Assembly: GCA_964016885.1 (NCBI GenBank)
Contig: OZ024763.1
Span: forward strand, 12,896,001-12,960,000
Direction of reading: 5' to 3'
Source: Eledone cirrhosa
Taxonomy: Eukaryota
Length of the DNA: 64,000 bases
Program-made: the position numbers and the translations under genes
Shown here: piece after piece, positions 42,090 to 54,293 of the stretch
Numbering within the stretch: position 1 is the first letter of the stretch
How the letters are laid out: each line of letters begins with the position of its first letter
The notes under the pieces: model-generated
The model's input: only the letters and a program-made list of their open reading frames with translations
Databases searched by the model: none
Told to the model about the DNA's origin: nothing

Positions 42090-44640
42090 ATCATCATCAT
42101 CATCATCGTTTTTACGTCTGTTTGTCCACACTTGCATGGGCTGGACAGGTCCTTTTCAGCACAGCATCTCTCCATTCTTTCCTTCACCATCTCCTCTGTG
42201 AGGCTCAGCGATTTAAGATCAGCTCTCAGCCCCTACACCCAGATCTTCATTGGTCTTCCTCTACTGTGATTTCTTCACACTTCTTCACCCAGCGACCATC
42301 ATCCATGCATATCACATATCTGTAGTAATGCAGTCTTTTCTCCTACACATCACCCCAGATTCCTTTTAAACTCAGCTCAACCAAGCTCTGCTTTTCTCTC
42401 ACATTAACATTGTGCATCCATTGAATCATGGTTGCTTCATTTCTCTCCAGTCTACACATATCCTCTGCAGTTACTGCCCATGTCTCACTACCATGTAGCA
42501 ACACATATCCTCTGCAGTTACTGCCCACGTCTCACCACATATCCTCTGCAGTTACTGCCCATGTCTCACTACCATGTAGCACCACATATCCTCTGCAGTT
42601 ACTGCCCATGTCTCACCACATATCCTCTGCAGTTACTGCCCATGTCTCACTACCATGTCTCACCACATATCCTCTGCAGTTACTGCCCATGTCTCACCAC
42701 ATATCCTCTGCAGTTACTGCCCATGTCTCACTACCATGTAGCACCACATATCCTCTGCAGTTACTGCCCATGTCTCACTACCATGTAGCACCACATATCC
42801 TCTGCAGTTACTGCCCATGTCTCACTACCATGTAGCACCACATATCCTCTGCAGTTACTGTCCATGTCTCACTACCATGTAGCACCACATATCCTCTGCA
42901 GTGACTGCCCATGTCTCCCTACCATGTAGCACCACATATCCTCTGCAGTTACTGTCTATGTCTCACTACCATGTAGCACCACATATCCTCTGCAGTTACT
43001 GCCCATGTCTCCCTACCATGTAGCACCACATATCCTCTGCAGTTACTGTCTATGTCTCACTACCATGTAGCACCACATATCCTCTTCAGTTACTGCCCAT
43101 GTCTCACTACCATGTAGCACCACATATCCTCTGCAGTTACTGCCCATGTCTCACTACCATGCAGCATCACATATCCTCTGCAGTTACTGCCCATGTCTCA
43201 CTACCATGTAGCACCACATATCCTCTGCAGTTACTGCCCATGTCTCACTACCATGCAGCATCACATATCCTCTGTGGTTACTGCCCATGTCTCACTACCA
43301 TGTAGCACCACATATCCTCTGCAGTTACTGCCCATGTCTCACTACCATGTAGCACCACATATCCTCTGCGGTTACTGCCCATGTCTCACTACCATGTAGC
43401 ACCACATATCCTCTGCGGTTACTGCCCATGTCTCACTACCATGTAGCACCACATATCCTCTGCAGTGACTGCCCATGTAGCACCACATATCCTCTGCAGT
43501 TACTGCCCATATCTCACTACCATGTAACACCACACTTCACACACAGCCGTCCTTTTGTATGTATGGAGAAACCTTTTGTTGTCAACAATGCAAGTAGTTC
43601 TCTAAACTTCTTCCATCCTATCCTTATTATGCTCTTGGGGCACCCACATCCACTGCTAATTAGGTCACCTAGGTAGCAGAAGCTATCAACCACATCTATG
43701 GATTTGTCATGTGTTTGGAAAAGATTTATATCTCTGACGCTCTTTCCCTTGATTATCCCTGTGCACCTCTTTTACATACAAAGTCTTCCCTTCCTGTTAG
43801 TCTGCCTGTTATCCCACTACACCTCTTGTGTTCCCAAGATTTACATTGTGTACACTGTATGTAGTTTCTACCTACTCCTTTTCTGCATATCAAGGGGGGC
43901 CACTTCTCTGTGATCAGGGTCCTGCCTTCTTTCCTGCTTACAAACACATTAGTTTTTTCTAAGTTTACTCACAGCCCTTTTAATTATAAATTCTGTTTCC
44001 ATAGTTGGAACTTATTCTCTATTTTTTTTCATAGATTCTGCTATAAGGACAAGATCATCTGCATAGAGAAATTCCCATGGATAACCATCTTAAACTCATC
44101 TGTTATGGCCTGGAGAACTATGATGGGCAGCAGTGGACTGAGAAAAGAACCTTGATGAACTCCCACCTGTACCCTGAATACCTCACTAAACTCATTTCCT
44201 ACTCTCACTTTACTGACAGATCCTCTGTAAATGACTTACACTGCTCTCACAAGCCATTCTTCTACACCTAATTTTCTGCAGGACCACAAAATAACAGAAC
44301 AAGGCACTCTGTCAAAGGCCTTTTCTAGATCAACAAAAGCTAAATATAGCAGCTTATTCTTCTTGGCTAGGAACTTCTCTTGTAGTTGCCTCACTAAGAA
44401 GAGGGCATCTGTAGTACTTTTCCCAGGCATAAAACCAAACTGCATCTCGTCTAATTTGACTCTTTCCCTAATTAGCTGTGCTGTAACTCTTTCTGTCACT
44501 TTCATAACTTGGTCCATTGGTTTCATTCCTCTAGAGTTGCTCCTTTCTAGAACACGCCATTACCCTTGTAGCAATTTATGATTGTAGTGCTGCACCAATC
44601 ATTGGGTTTGACACCGTCTTGTACTATCTGATTGACTATG
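42090..44640 (-). mobile_element. Decayed RTE-clade LINE with internal tandem expansion
   Basis: QFGFMPGKSTTDALFLVRQLQEK, AFVDLEKAFDRVP, Cys-rich segment, LHGSETWAVTAEDMCRLERNE; (GAT)n tail. Confidence 0.92.
42455..43530. repeat. 47-bp minisatellite (some 32-bp units) inside the RTE ORF
   Basis: Unit gtagcaccacatatcctctgcagttactgcccatgtctcactaccat. Confidence 0.97.
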
Positions 44641-44920
44641 CCAATTATTATATTATGTATATACAGACTTAGTATATATTGTGTATATATTATGTATATA
44701 TAGACTTAGTATATATTGTATATATATTATGTATATATAGCTTAAGTTTATATTGTATATATATTATATATATATAGACTTAGTATATATTGTATATATA
44801 TTATGTATATAGACTTAGTATTGTATATATATTATGTATATATAGGGTAAGTTTATATTGTATATAAATTATATATATATAGGGTAAGTTTATATTATAT
44901 ATATATTATGTATAGGTTTA

Positions 44921-44977
<57 letters not shown>

Positions 44978-45454
44978 GTATATATAGAATTAGTTTATAT
45001 TGTATATATATTATGTATATATAGGGTCAGTGCATACTGTATATATATTATGTATATATATAGGGGTCGATAAAATAAAGTACCAGTAATGCACTGGGTT
45101 ATTGCTGGCCTTGTGCCTAAAGTAGAAACAATTATTATTATTATTATATATATATATATACAAACATATATATATGTATATATATGATAGTTTTACACAT
45201 TTTCCATATACCACCTCAAAGACCAACGTCAGATCCGACTACTACAACCTCCACATACCCCTCCCATAGCACAACCTGTGCCACTACAGCTGGGACCCAC
45301 CACCACCACCACCACACTATTACCCCAGCACCACCATGACACAATTCCAACAATAAAATTCTCTAATTCTAGTATTGTGTTTATATATTTATTTTCTCCA
45401 CCTAAACGCTTGAACAAAAGATGGTTTGTAGAAATTTCTTGAGTAACATGTTTG

Positions 45455-45500
<46 letters not shown>

Positions 45501-45524
45501 TATACATATACATATGTATATATG

Positions 45525-45556
<32 letters not shown>

Positions 45557-45568
45557 CATATATATATG

Positions 45569-45600
<32 letters not shown>

Positions 45601-45638
45601 CATATATACATATATATACATATACATATGTATATATG

Positions 45639-45688
<50 letters not shown>

Positions 45689-45847
45689 CATATACATATA
45701 TATATATATATATACATACATATATATACATATATATACATATATACATACATATATATACATAAATATATACATATATATATATACATATATATATATA
45801 CACATATATATATACATATATATACATATATATATATATACATATAT

Positions 45848-45887
<40 letters not shown>

Positions 45888-45984
45888 GTATGTGTGCTCA
45901 AATCTCACATCTGGGTTTATTTATCCAAACTATGTTTAATGACACACCCGCTGTGTGTATGAGTGAAACAGACAGAATCTGTGA

Positions 45985-46500
45985 CCACCAACACCACCAC
46001 CACCTCAACCATCAACACCACCACCACCATCAACAACACTAAACACAATACCACAAACACCACCACCACAACCACAACCATCATCATCATCAACACCACC
46101 ACCACCAAACACAATATCACCACCACCACCACCACAACCATCATCATCATCAACACCACCACCACCACCATCATCAACAACACTAAACACAATATCACAA
46201 ACACCACCACCACCACCACCACCATCATCATCATCAACAACACCACCACCTCCATCATCAACAACACTAAACACAATACCACCACCACCACCACCACAAC
46301 TATCATCATCATCAACAACACTAAACACAATATCAACACCACCACCATCATCAACAACACTAAACACAATACCACAAACACCACCACCACCACAACCATC
46401 ATCATCATCAACAACACTAAACACAATACCACGAACACCACCACCACCACCACCACCACAACCATCATCATCATCAACAACACTAAACACAATATCAACA
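45985..46500. repeat. (CAC)n/(CAT)n-aacaacactaaacacaat minisatellite
   Basis: Direct inspection. Confidence 0.9.
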
Positions 46501-47062
46501 CTTGCTTTTATTCTTATTTATGCTTTAACAATCAAAATAAAATAATATTTAAAATAAAAAAAAAAAAATAATAAATATATAACTTTTATTTGAAAAAAAA
46601 AAACAAAAAAAAAAACAAAACAAAAGAACTAAAGCCCCAGCAGGTAAAAAAAAAACCAAAAAAAAAAAAACCATCTCACATAAAAAAAATGCAGCAGCAG
46701 CAGCAGCAGTAATGGCAGTTCTGTAAAGGGTTAAGTTAAAGTAAAGCTGTCTGATATTTTGCTGCATAAAAGCATCATCATCATAATCATTGTAATGGTC
46801 ATGATGATGATGATCATCATCATAATCATCATCATCATCATCATCATGGTCATATTATAATCACCATCGTTCTTTTTCACATTATCAATATTATTGTTAT
46901 TATTAATAATTATTTTCATTAAATAGTTTTACTGGGTTTTTTTTTTTTGACATTTTGCATATAATTATTTTTTCTCTCCATAAATTAAAAAAATTTCAAA
47001 ACAAATTTTTCCTTTTTTTTTTTTTGAACAAAAAAAAAGAAAAATACACACACATATGTATA

Positions 47063-47100
<38 letters not shown>

Positions 47101-47451
47101 ATCTTTTTTTTTCATCTTTCTCATTCCATGTCCTTCATATTTTTCTTTCTTTCAAAGTCTTCCTTATGAAAAAGCAACTTCTAGAAAGCCAATCAACGAA
47201 CCAAACCCTTTATTTTTTTTTTATTTGCATGCCCTTAAAAAAAAAAAAAAATAGAAATAAATAACCCAACCCAAACTGAAATTCTAAACCCAAAACCAGA
47301 GCCCCAACTCGAACCACACACCTCAGGCCCAACAGACGTGTTATTGATGTTGTTGTTACAACTCATGTAGGTTTTATAGGTGGTCTCTCCTGATGATACA
47401 TAGGAGGTTTCTTGGGTGTTTTAATGATAAGGGAGAAGATCCCAAGTACTA

Positions 47452-47495
<44 letters not shown>

Positions 47496-48018
47496 TAGAT
47501 AGCTAGATACAATTGTTTCTACTTTAGGCACAAGGCCAGCAATTTGAAGGGCGGAGGGAAAGTCGATGAAATCAACCTCAGTACATTACTGGTACTTTAT
47601 TTTATCGACCCCATAAGGATGAAAGGCAAAGCTAACCTCGACGGGATTTGAACTCAGACTGTAAAGGCCTGTAACTCTATGCTGCAAAGCATGGTGTCTG
47701 ACGCCTTACCGTTACTGTGAATCCACCTCCCTTAGATAAATATAATGATTGGTGTAGGTTTGGCTCACACCCATGGAAGTATTGTAGCTGCCCTCCTATG
47801 AGGCTGTATTTCATAGGAGGTTTCTTGGGTGTTTTAATGATAGGGGGCCTCATTCTATCAATATATATATATATATATATATATGCAGAGGTTATATTTA
47901 ATTTGTTGGAATTCAACAAGCTTAAACATTTTTATAACTGATATAAAGCACTCAACAGATGAGTGGAGTAAATATACAATATATTAATAAATGGAAACTA
48001 TATTTATAAAACCATAAT

Positions 48019-48084
48019 TATTTTATTATATATATTTCAAGGGCGACCAAGGTAAATTATGGTGCGCTTTCATCAGATAAAATA
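48019..48084 (-). ncRNA. Minimal type I hammerhead motif (left arm, sense to the smoothelin-like gene)
   Basis: Reverse-complement copy of 48206-48271. Confidence 0.82.
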
Positions 48085-48205
48085 CAGATTTGTTTTATAA
48101 ATAAATATTGACATACCCGGAAAAAAGACAACCTATCCAGCGATTTCAACCGTTGAGGTTGTCTTTTTTCCGGGTATGTCAATATTTATTTATAAAACAA
48201 ATCTG

Positions 48206-48271
48206 TATTTTATCTGATGAAGGCGCACCATAATTTACCTTGGTCGCCCTTGAAATATATATAATAAAATA
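48206..48271 (+). ncRNA. Minimal type I hammerhead motif (right arm of palindrome)
   Basis: tattttat CTGATGA aggcgcacca...tggtcgccctt GAAA tatata TA^ataaaata; 8-bp stem I. Confidence 0.82.
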
Positions 48272-48486
48272 ATTATGGTTTTATAAATATAGTTTCCATT
48301 TATTAATATATTGTATATATATATATATACATATATAAAAATATATATATATATATATATTGTGAAACAAAGTGAATCCTGAATCCACAAGGGAACAGAG
48401 TTTTGTAAGAGCAGTATCAAATGCAAGCCTGTCCCCTCACCAAAAGCCTGTATTGCATTAGAAATATATTACATAACCTTATTACC

Positions 48487-48579
48487 TAAAACGCTGTCTG
48501 AAGAAGTTGTGCTGGTAATCGCATGATGGCAGCATTGCATAGCCATTAATGCCATAGAAATACGTATCACAGCGATTTA
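48487..48579 (+). ncRNA. Type I hammerhead-like motif with enlarged stem II
   Basis: cgctgt CTGAAGA [52 nt] GAAA tacgta TC^acagcg; perfect 6-bp stem I, palindromic stem III ATACGTAT; base of stem II poorly paired. Confidence 0.7.
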
Positions 48580-49027
48580 TAGAATAAAATGAATTATGAA
48601 TATCTAGTCTTTGTATTTCTATCATATATATATATATATATATATAGTTGCTGTCATTTCTCACACCCATGTAAGTTTAGCTTACCTCCTATGAAGATGA
48701 AAGCTCATAGGTTTTTTTTGGAGGTGTTTTAAAGAGAGGGGTCGCTCCCAGTCTTATCATATTTGACTTAAAAACCTTTCATTACTGTTGTTGTTCACCA
48801 TCCCTTCAGTGCCATGGTTGTGACTGTCGGAGTGAGGTGACGGTGGCATAAGTTAGAGTGTGGTATGGGTTGAGAGTTGTAAAGCTTGATTAGAATGTCC
48901 CGGGAGGAATAGGAGGGGGTGGGGGAGGGGTTTAAGGGGGTGACAAAAGAGGGAAGAGTAGGGTGTTAGTGGGGAGAGGGTGTGTGTGTGTGTATGGGGG
49001 GCGGAGGGGTTTGCTAGATGTATTGCT

Positions 49028-49178
49028 CTACATGTTTTTAGGCATTGTTCTGTTTCTCTCATGGTTCTGCAGCTTTCGGTAGAAACTCTGCACATATGTG
49101 AAGACACACTTCCAGTCGGGCTTCTGCATTTTCACCATGTCATCGGTATCCAGCAATGGGGCGATGTCAGCATATTTC
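49028..49178 (-). CDS. SMTN: Smoothelin-like protein, terminal coding exon (end of CH domain)
   Basis: Acceptor cctaacag|G, then (E)KYADIAPLLDTDDMVKMQKPDWKCVFTYVQSFYRKLQNHERNRTMPKNM*. PDWKCVxTYxQxFYR is the smoothelin-type CH C-terminus. Phase 2 matches the upstream exon. Confidence 0.93.
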
Positions 49179-49305
49179 CTGTTAGGACATAGAGAGACAT
49201 ACAAAGTCAGTGAGTGACAGAGTGAGAGAGAGAGAGAGAGTACGTGAGAGAGAGAGAGAGAGAGTACGTGAGAGAGAGAGAGAGAGAGAGTGAAATAGAG
49301 AGAGT

Positions 49306-49336
<31 letters not shown>

Positions 49337-49568
49337 TGAAAGAGAGAGAGAGTGAGAGAGAGAGTGAGAGAGAGAGAGAGTATGTGAGAGAGAGAGAGAG
49401 TATGTGAGAGAATGAGTATGTGAGAGAGTGAGAGAGAGAGAGAGAGAAAGTGAGAGTGAGAGAGAGAGAAAGTGAGAGTGAGAGAAAGTGAGAGTATGAG
49501 AGAGAGAGAGAGAGAGAGAGTATGTGAGAGAGAGAGAGAGAGTAAGTATGTGAGAGAGAGAGAGAGTA

Positions 49569-49607
<39 letters not shown>

Positions 49608-50020
49608 GTATGTGAGAGAGGGTGTGAGAGTGAGAGAGAGTATGTGAGAGAGTGAGTATGTGAGAGAGAGTGAGAGAGAACGGGAGAGTGAGAGAGAGAG
49701 ACCTAATATGCACACATATATATATATATATGTGTGTATGTATGTTGTGCGTTGTGTGTGTGGGGGTGATGTGGAATGTGTGTATGTGTGTGTTTGTCTG
49801 TGGTGTGTGGTCTGTGTGTACTATGGGTTCTATTTTTCTTTTTTCATCTTTATTTGTGTAATTCACCAAAACAAATAACATCTCCTAATTTTGTCTCTGA
49901 ATGGTCTCAACCTAAATTCACCAAAACTGTAGTAATTTCCAGAGGTTGGCTGAAGAGATGGGGGACTGAATGTTTTTCTGTTATTTTTTTTAGTTGTCAT
50001 TGATTATAGAAGCATTTATA

Positions 50021-50087
<67 letters not shown>

Positions 50088-50147
50088 AGAGAGAGAGAGA
50101 GAGAGAATGAGAGAGAGTGAGAGGTAAGAGAGACAGACAACCAGAGT

Positions 50148-50196
<49 letters not shown>

Positions 50197-50199
50197 TAC

Positions 50200-50351
50200 T
50201 CAGCTGTGTTAAATGCCAGGTCAAAGTTGTATCTCCTCTTTTTAGGGTCCAGAGCATAGAAGTCAAAGGAGTCTGGGTAGAAATGATGGATGAGGGCACA
50301 GAATGCTAACCCATTGTTCCAACTGCTGGAGAAGTTTGTGATTTTAATTTT
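50200..50351 (-). CDS. SMTN: Smoothelin-like protein, CH-domain exon (152 nt)
   Basis: ctacag| KIKITNFSSSWNNGLAFCALIHHFYPDSFDFYALDPKKRRYNFDLAFNTA(E) |gtaagt; classic type-2 CH motif NFSSSWxxGLAFCAL. Confidence 0.95.
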
Positions 50352-50419
50352 CTGTAGGGATACAACAATAGGAGAAGGATTAGATTAACATTATATAGCA
50401 GTAGGTATATAACATCCAT

Positions 50420-50470
<51 letters not shown>

Positions 50471-50776
50471 CATACATATATAAATAGTAATAATAAATGT
50501 GAAGACTAAAATCTGAAAAGGGCTTGATAAGGATTATATATATATCAATATATATACACAAGTACACAGAGATATGTGTTCAATCATAGGGGATCAAAAA
50601 CCACCAAAGTGATGAACATATTTACTATGGAAGGAATGGTGAATAAAAATCAATAAAAAGAATATATCAAAGTGTACTAACCATTCAATTATAATTATAA
50701 CACCCTGACATGCTCAAATAAGAGTGTGTTTCGCTATAAGTGAAGAATACATATTGGAGATGAAGCTCATTATATA

Positions 50777-51109
50777 TCATCATCATCATTTCATTTCATT
50801 TCATTCTACGTCCGCTTTTCCCTGCTTGCAAGGGTGGGACGGGAACTGATTCTGGCTTGATTTCTACAGCTGGATGCCCTTCCTAACACCAACCTCATTT
50901 ACAGTGAGTGCTGGGTGCTTTTTTCCCGTGGCACCTCCACGACCACTTTGCAGTGGAATGATAGGGACCCCAGTCCCTATCATCTCATTTCTACAGCTGA
51001 GTAAACTGGAGCAATGTGAAATAAAGTGTCTTGCTCAAGGAAACAACACATCACCCAGTCTGAGAATTGAATTCACAACCTTTCGATTGCAAGGCCAATG
51101 CTCTAACCA
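50777..51109 (-). mobile_element. tRNA-derived CORE-type SINE
   Basis: Reverse complement of the 63179 copy, slightly 5'-clipped. Confidence 0.9.
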
Positions 51110-51162
51110 TATATATATATATATAAACCCGTAGAGCAAATATTTATTATAAGTACAGATTA

Positions 51163-51215
51163 AAGTTTAAGCAAAGAATCACTGCTTTCACACTTAATGG
51201 AATCTTCTGAAACTG
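51163..51215 (-). ncRNA. Hammerhead-like motif with variant core CAGAAGA (decayed stem II)
   Basis: cagttt CAGAAGA ttccattaagtgt GAA AGCA-gtgattctt-TGCT T^aaactt. Confidence 0.45.
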
Positions 51216-51760
51216 AAAAAAAATCAATCCGAGTACGTCTTCTCCATTCATATTTAGATCGGAGTCACCATTCCTTCCAATCATTCCTTTCCGTGTCAAA
51301 TTGAAGTCTCCCATCAGGATATATGACTCAGTCTTAACAACATCTAATGCTGCAGTGACGACTCCATCAAGGAATAACCTGTATTTGGACTTCTTGTTTG
51401 GTGCATAAACTTGCACCACCCACAGAGACCTGTCTTTCAGCCTAATGGGATCCAGTCCATAATGCATTCAGACAGCTGGGGGCTTGTGAGTATCCCCACT
51501 CCCACATGTGCAGTCATTTCTGGTGCCACACCTGAATAGTGGAGTTTCCATCCTCCATCCAAATCTACAGTATCTGACCCATAGAACTTTGTTGAGTAAA
51601 CCCTGACTATATCCAGCCTATATATCTAGCCAGTAGCATCTAGCCTTGACCACTAGTTCCTGCTCCTTACCTGTAAGGGTCGTGATGTTCCAGGTACCAA
51701 TTTGCATGGTTTGCTCTCTTCTGGACCCTCTTTGAGGTCTCAGGATATGCAAACTTTGCG
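51216..51760 (-). mobile_element. RTE LINE AP-endonuclease fragment
   Basis: MQIGTWNITTLTGKEQELV start, VQVYAPN, MGDFN motifs. Confidence 0.85.
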
Positions 51761-51899
51761 CATCCATCCCATGCCTACGAGGACGGTCGTAGTCCTATCG
51801 CTAGTTTTTACAGCATGAATAGAGACTGCTACATATTTTTCAAACAGGCCTTTCTACCTAAGGCCTGAACATGTCCCTTGTTAACCCGACAGGAGGTGA

Positions 51900-52775
51900 T
51901 CTCTGACTTGCTGTTGATAGGTTTGATGCCGAGCGCTGCATGGCTGGAATGAAAATCAGTGCTTCGAAAACTGAGACACTTGTCCTCTCAAGAAAGCCTG
52001 TGCAGTGCACTCTGTATGTAAATGGAGTTCTACTAAAGCTGGTGGAGAAGTCCAAGTATCTCGGGGTCGTGTTCACAAGTGATGGAAGGCAGGAGGCTGA
52101 ATTAAGTGCAAGAATTGCAGGAGCTGGTGCAGTAATACATCAGCATTCAGTAATCAGAAGAAGGGAGGTAGGTGTAAGAGCCAAATGCACTATCTTCAAT
52201 TCGGTATTCGTGCCAACCCTTACCTATGGTCATGAATCTTGGGTAATGACCAAAAGAATATAATCGCGAATACAAGCAGCCGAAATAGGGTTCCTCCGAA
52301 GGATCTTTGGAGTAATGTTACTCGATAAAGTGTGTAGCTTGGAGATCAGAGAGTTGCTCCAGGTAGAGCTGCTACTTCTCTGAATTGAGATCACAGCTCC
52401 ACTACTATAGACATGTGGTTAGAATGTCTTAGGAAAGAATCGCTGGACAGATTTGTAGCTCGGAGATCAGAGAGTCACTCCAGGTAGAGTTGCTACTTCT
52501 CCGAATTGAGAGATCACAGCTCCGATACTATGGACATGTGGTTAGAATGTCTCAGGAAAGAATCACTGGACAGATTTTACAGGCAAAACCAACCGGCAGG
52601 AGACCCAGAGCAAGATGGTTGAATAACATCCATGAACTTGGCTGGTCTTCTTTGGGGATCCAGCAGGATCAGTTGAAGACGGTTGCTTCAGACAGGACCT
52701 GCTGGAGGGAGTGTTTGAGGATTTTGCCCCCTGTGACCCTCTCAGGAATAAGTGGGCAAAGAAGAAAAAGAAATA
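51900..52775 (+). mobile_element. RTE LINE 3' fragment with a ~120-bp internal duplication
   Basis: GMKISASKTE, KYLGV, PTLTYGHESW, LRYYGHVVRM, GRRPRARW. Confidence 0.9.
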
Positions 52776-52900
52776 TATATGTCATGAGTTCATATCTTCT
52801 TAAAGCCAACATTTACTGTCTCTTGTGTAACCCCTCCTCCCTTTTTTGTACAAAAAACAAGGCAGATAACTCTGTTATTGCTCCAACTGGGCTGACTTAC

Positions 52901-52997
52901 ATCTTCATATTCGACTGTCATAGCTTTTGTCCATTCTAATAACATCTGTTTGATGGCACTGGGACTGCGAGTAACAGGCCTGGTAGGGGCTGAAAGA
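52901..52997 (-). CDS. SMTN: Smoothelin-like protein exon (97 nt), start of CH domain
   Basis: ttcttcttgcag| (G)LSAPTRPVTRSPSAIKQMLLEWTKAMTVEYED |gtaagt; IKQMLLxW matches smoothelin helix A; phase 0 into the next exon. Confidence 0.92.
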
Positions 52998-53969
52998 CTG
53001 CAAGAAGAAAATGGTAAAGTTTTAGTGGAGGAAGGAGGCTCAAAAAATGGGTGAGAGAAATTAAGGAGATTTAAGGAAGGGAGGGCAGAGTTACAAGGAA
53101 AGGGTTACATTGGAACAAAAACTATATTTCCATTACACTACTATATATATTACATAGAGTAGCCTGGGACCGACACACACATTACATAGAGTATCCCAGG
53201 ACATACATATTACATAGGGTACCCCAGGACTCAGACACATGTTACATAGAGTACCCCAGGACATACATATTATAGAGAGTACCCCATGATTTAGATACAC
53301 CCATGTTCTAGACAATGGCCCCCTTTACAAAGGTTCTTACATAAAACTAGGATGGAAAAGTTTTAGATAAATATAAACACTTTGAGATTTTTACTGAAGC
53401 GAAAACCGACCCAAACCAAACAGTGAGTGTGTTTTATTATATATTTCTAGCAATATTATAACAATATGACCCTCCCCAAATATAATTGTTTCTACTTTAG
53501 GCACAAGGCCAGCAATTACCCAGTGCATTACTAGTACTTTATTTTATCGACCCCGTAAGGATGAAAGGCAAAGCTAACCTCGGCGGGATTTGAACTCAAG
53601 TAAAGGGCCGTAACTCTATGCTCAAAGCATGGTGTCTGACGCTTTACTGATACTGCCAATCCACCACCCTACTAATAAATATTAGTAGGTATTATAAGAA
53701 GGCATTGGGAATGGGACATTAAGTGTTTGAAATTATCATAACAAAGATGTTGGAAATATTTAATAGCCCTTAATATTTCAGGATAAAATACCTTCATCAA
53801 AAGGCATTTTTAAAATGTTACTTTAAAAGTGTAGGTGGTTTAAATTAGGTGGTGCTGGGTGGATTGGTGACAAAATGTTTAAATCCCTTCCACAGCACCC
53901 TAACACTCCCTTATGTAACATACAAACCCCAGCAACAATAAAATATAGTCTGATTGTAGTGGTACTCAC

Positions 53970-53994
53970 CCTCCTTTGCTAGCCATACCTCCAG
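53970..53994 (-). CDS. SMTN: 25-nt microexon of the smoothelin-like gene
   Basis: Strong acceptor tttttttttctatttcag| CTGGAGGTATGGCTAGCAAAGGAGG |gtgagt; reads xGGMASKG(G), phase 2 out fits exon 52901-52997. Confidence 0.75.
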
Positions 53995-54254
53995 CTGAAA
54001 TAGAAAAAAAAAGGGGTCATATGTTAATACAGAGTAAAATGATGATGATGATGATATATATAGGAACGAGTAGGACCCCGACGGCAGAGCTCAAGCCGTT
54101 TCGACGGCTAATTCTGGACTCCAGAATTAGCCGTCGAAACGGCTTGAGCTCTGCCGTCGGGGTCCTACTCGTTCCTATTACCCACTCTACTACCCTAAGT
54201 ATTGGGTACTTTGGTGCGTTATGGTCCATCTGGTTCCTTACCACATTTCCTTCG

Positions 54255-54293
<39 letters not shown>

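Larger units (their letters stand above)
46500..49027 (-). other. Probable 3' UTR / downstream region of the smoothelin-like gene, interrupted by repeats
   Basis: Follows the stop codon; homopolymer-rich unique sequence at 46500-47340 looks UTR-like. The polyA site cannot be determined. Confidence 0.4.

Noticed and set aside
45210-45360. Coding-looking island
   Set aside because: No recognisable motif or convincing splice sites.
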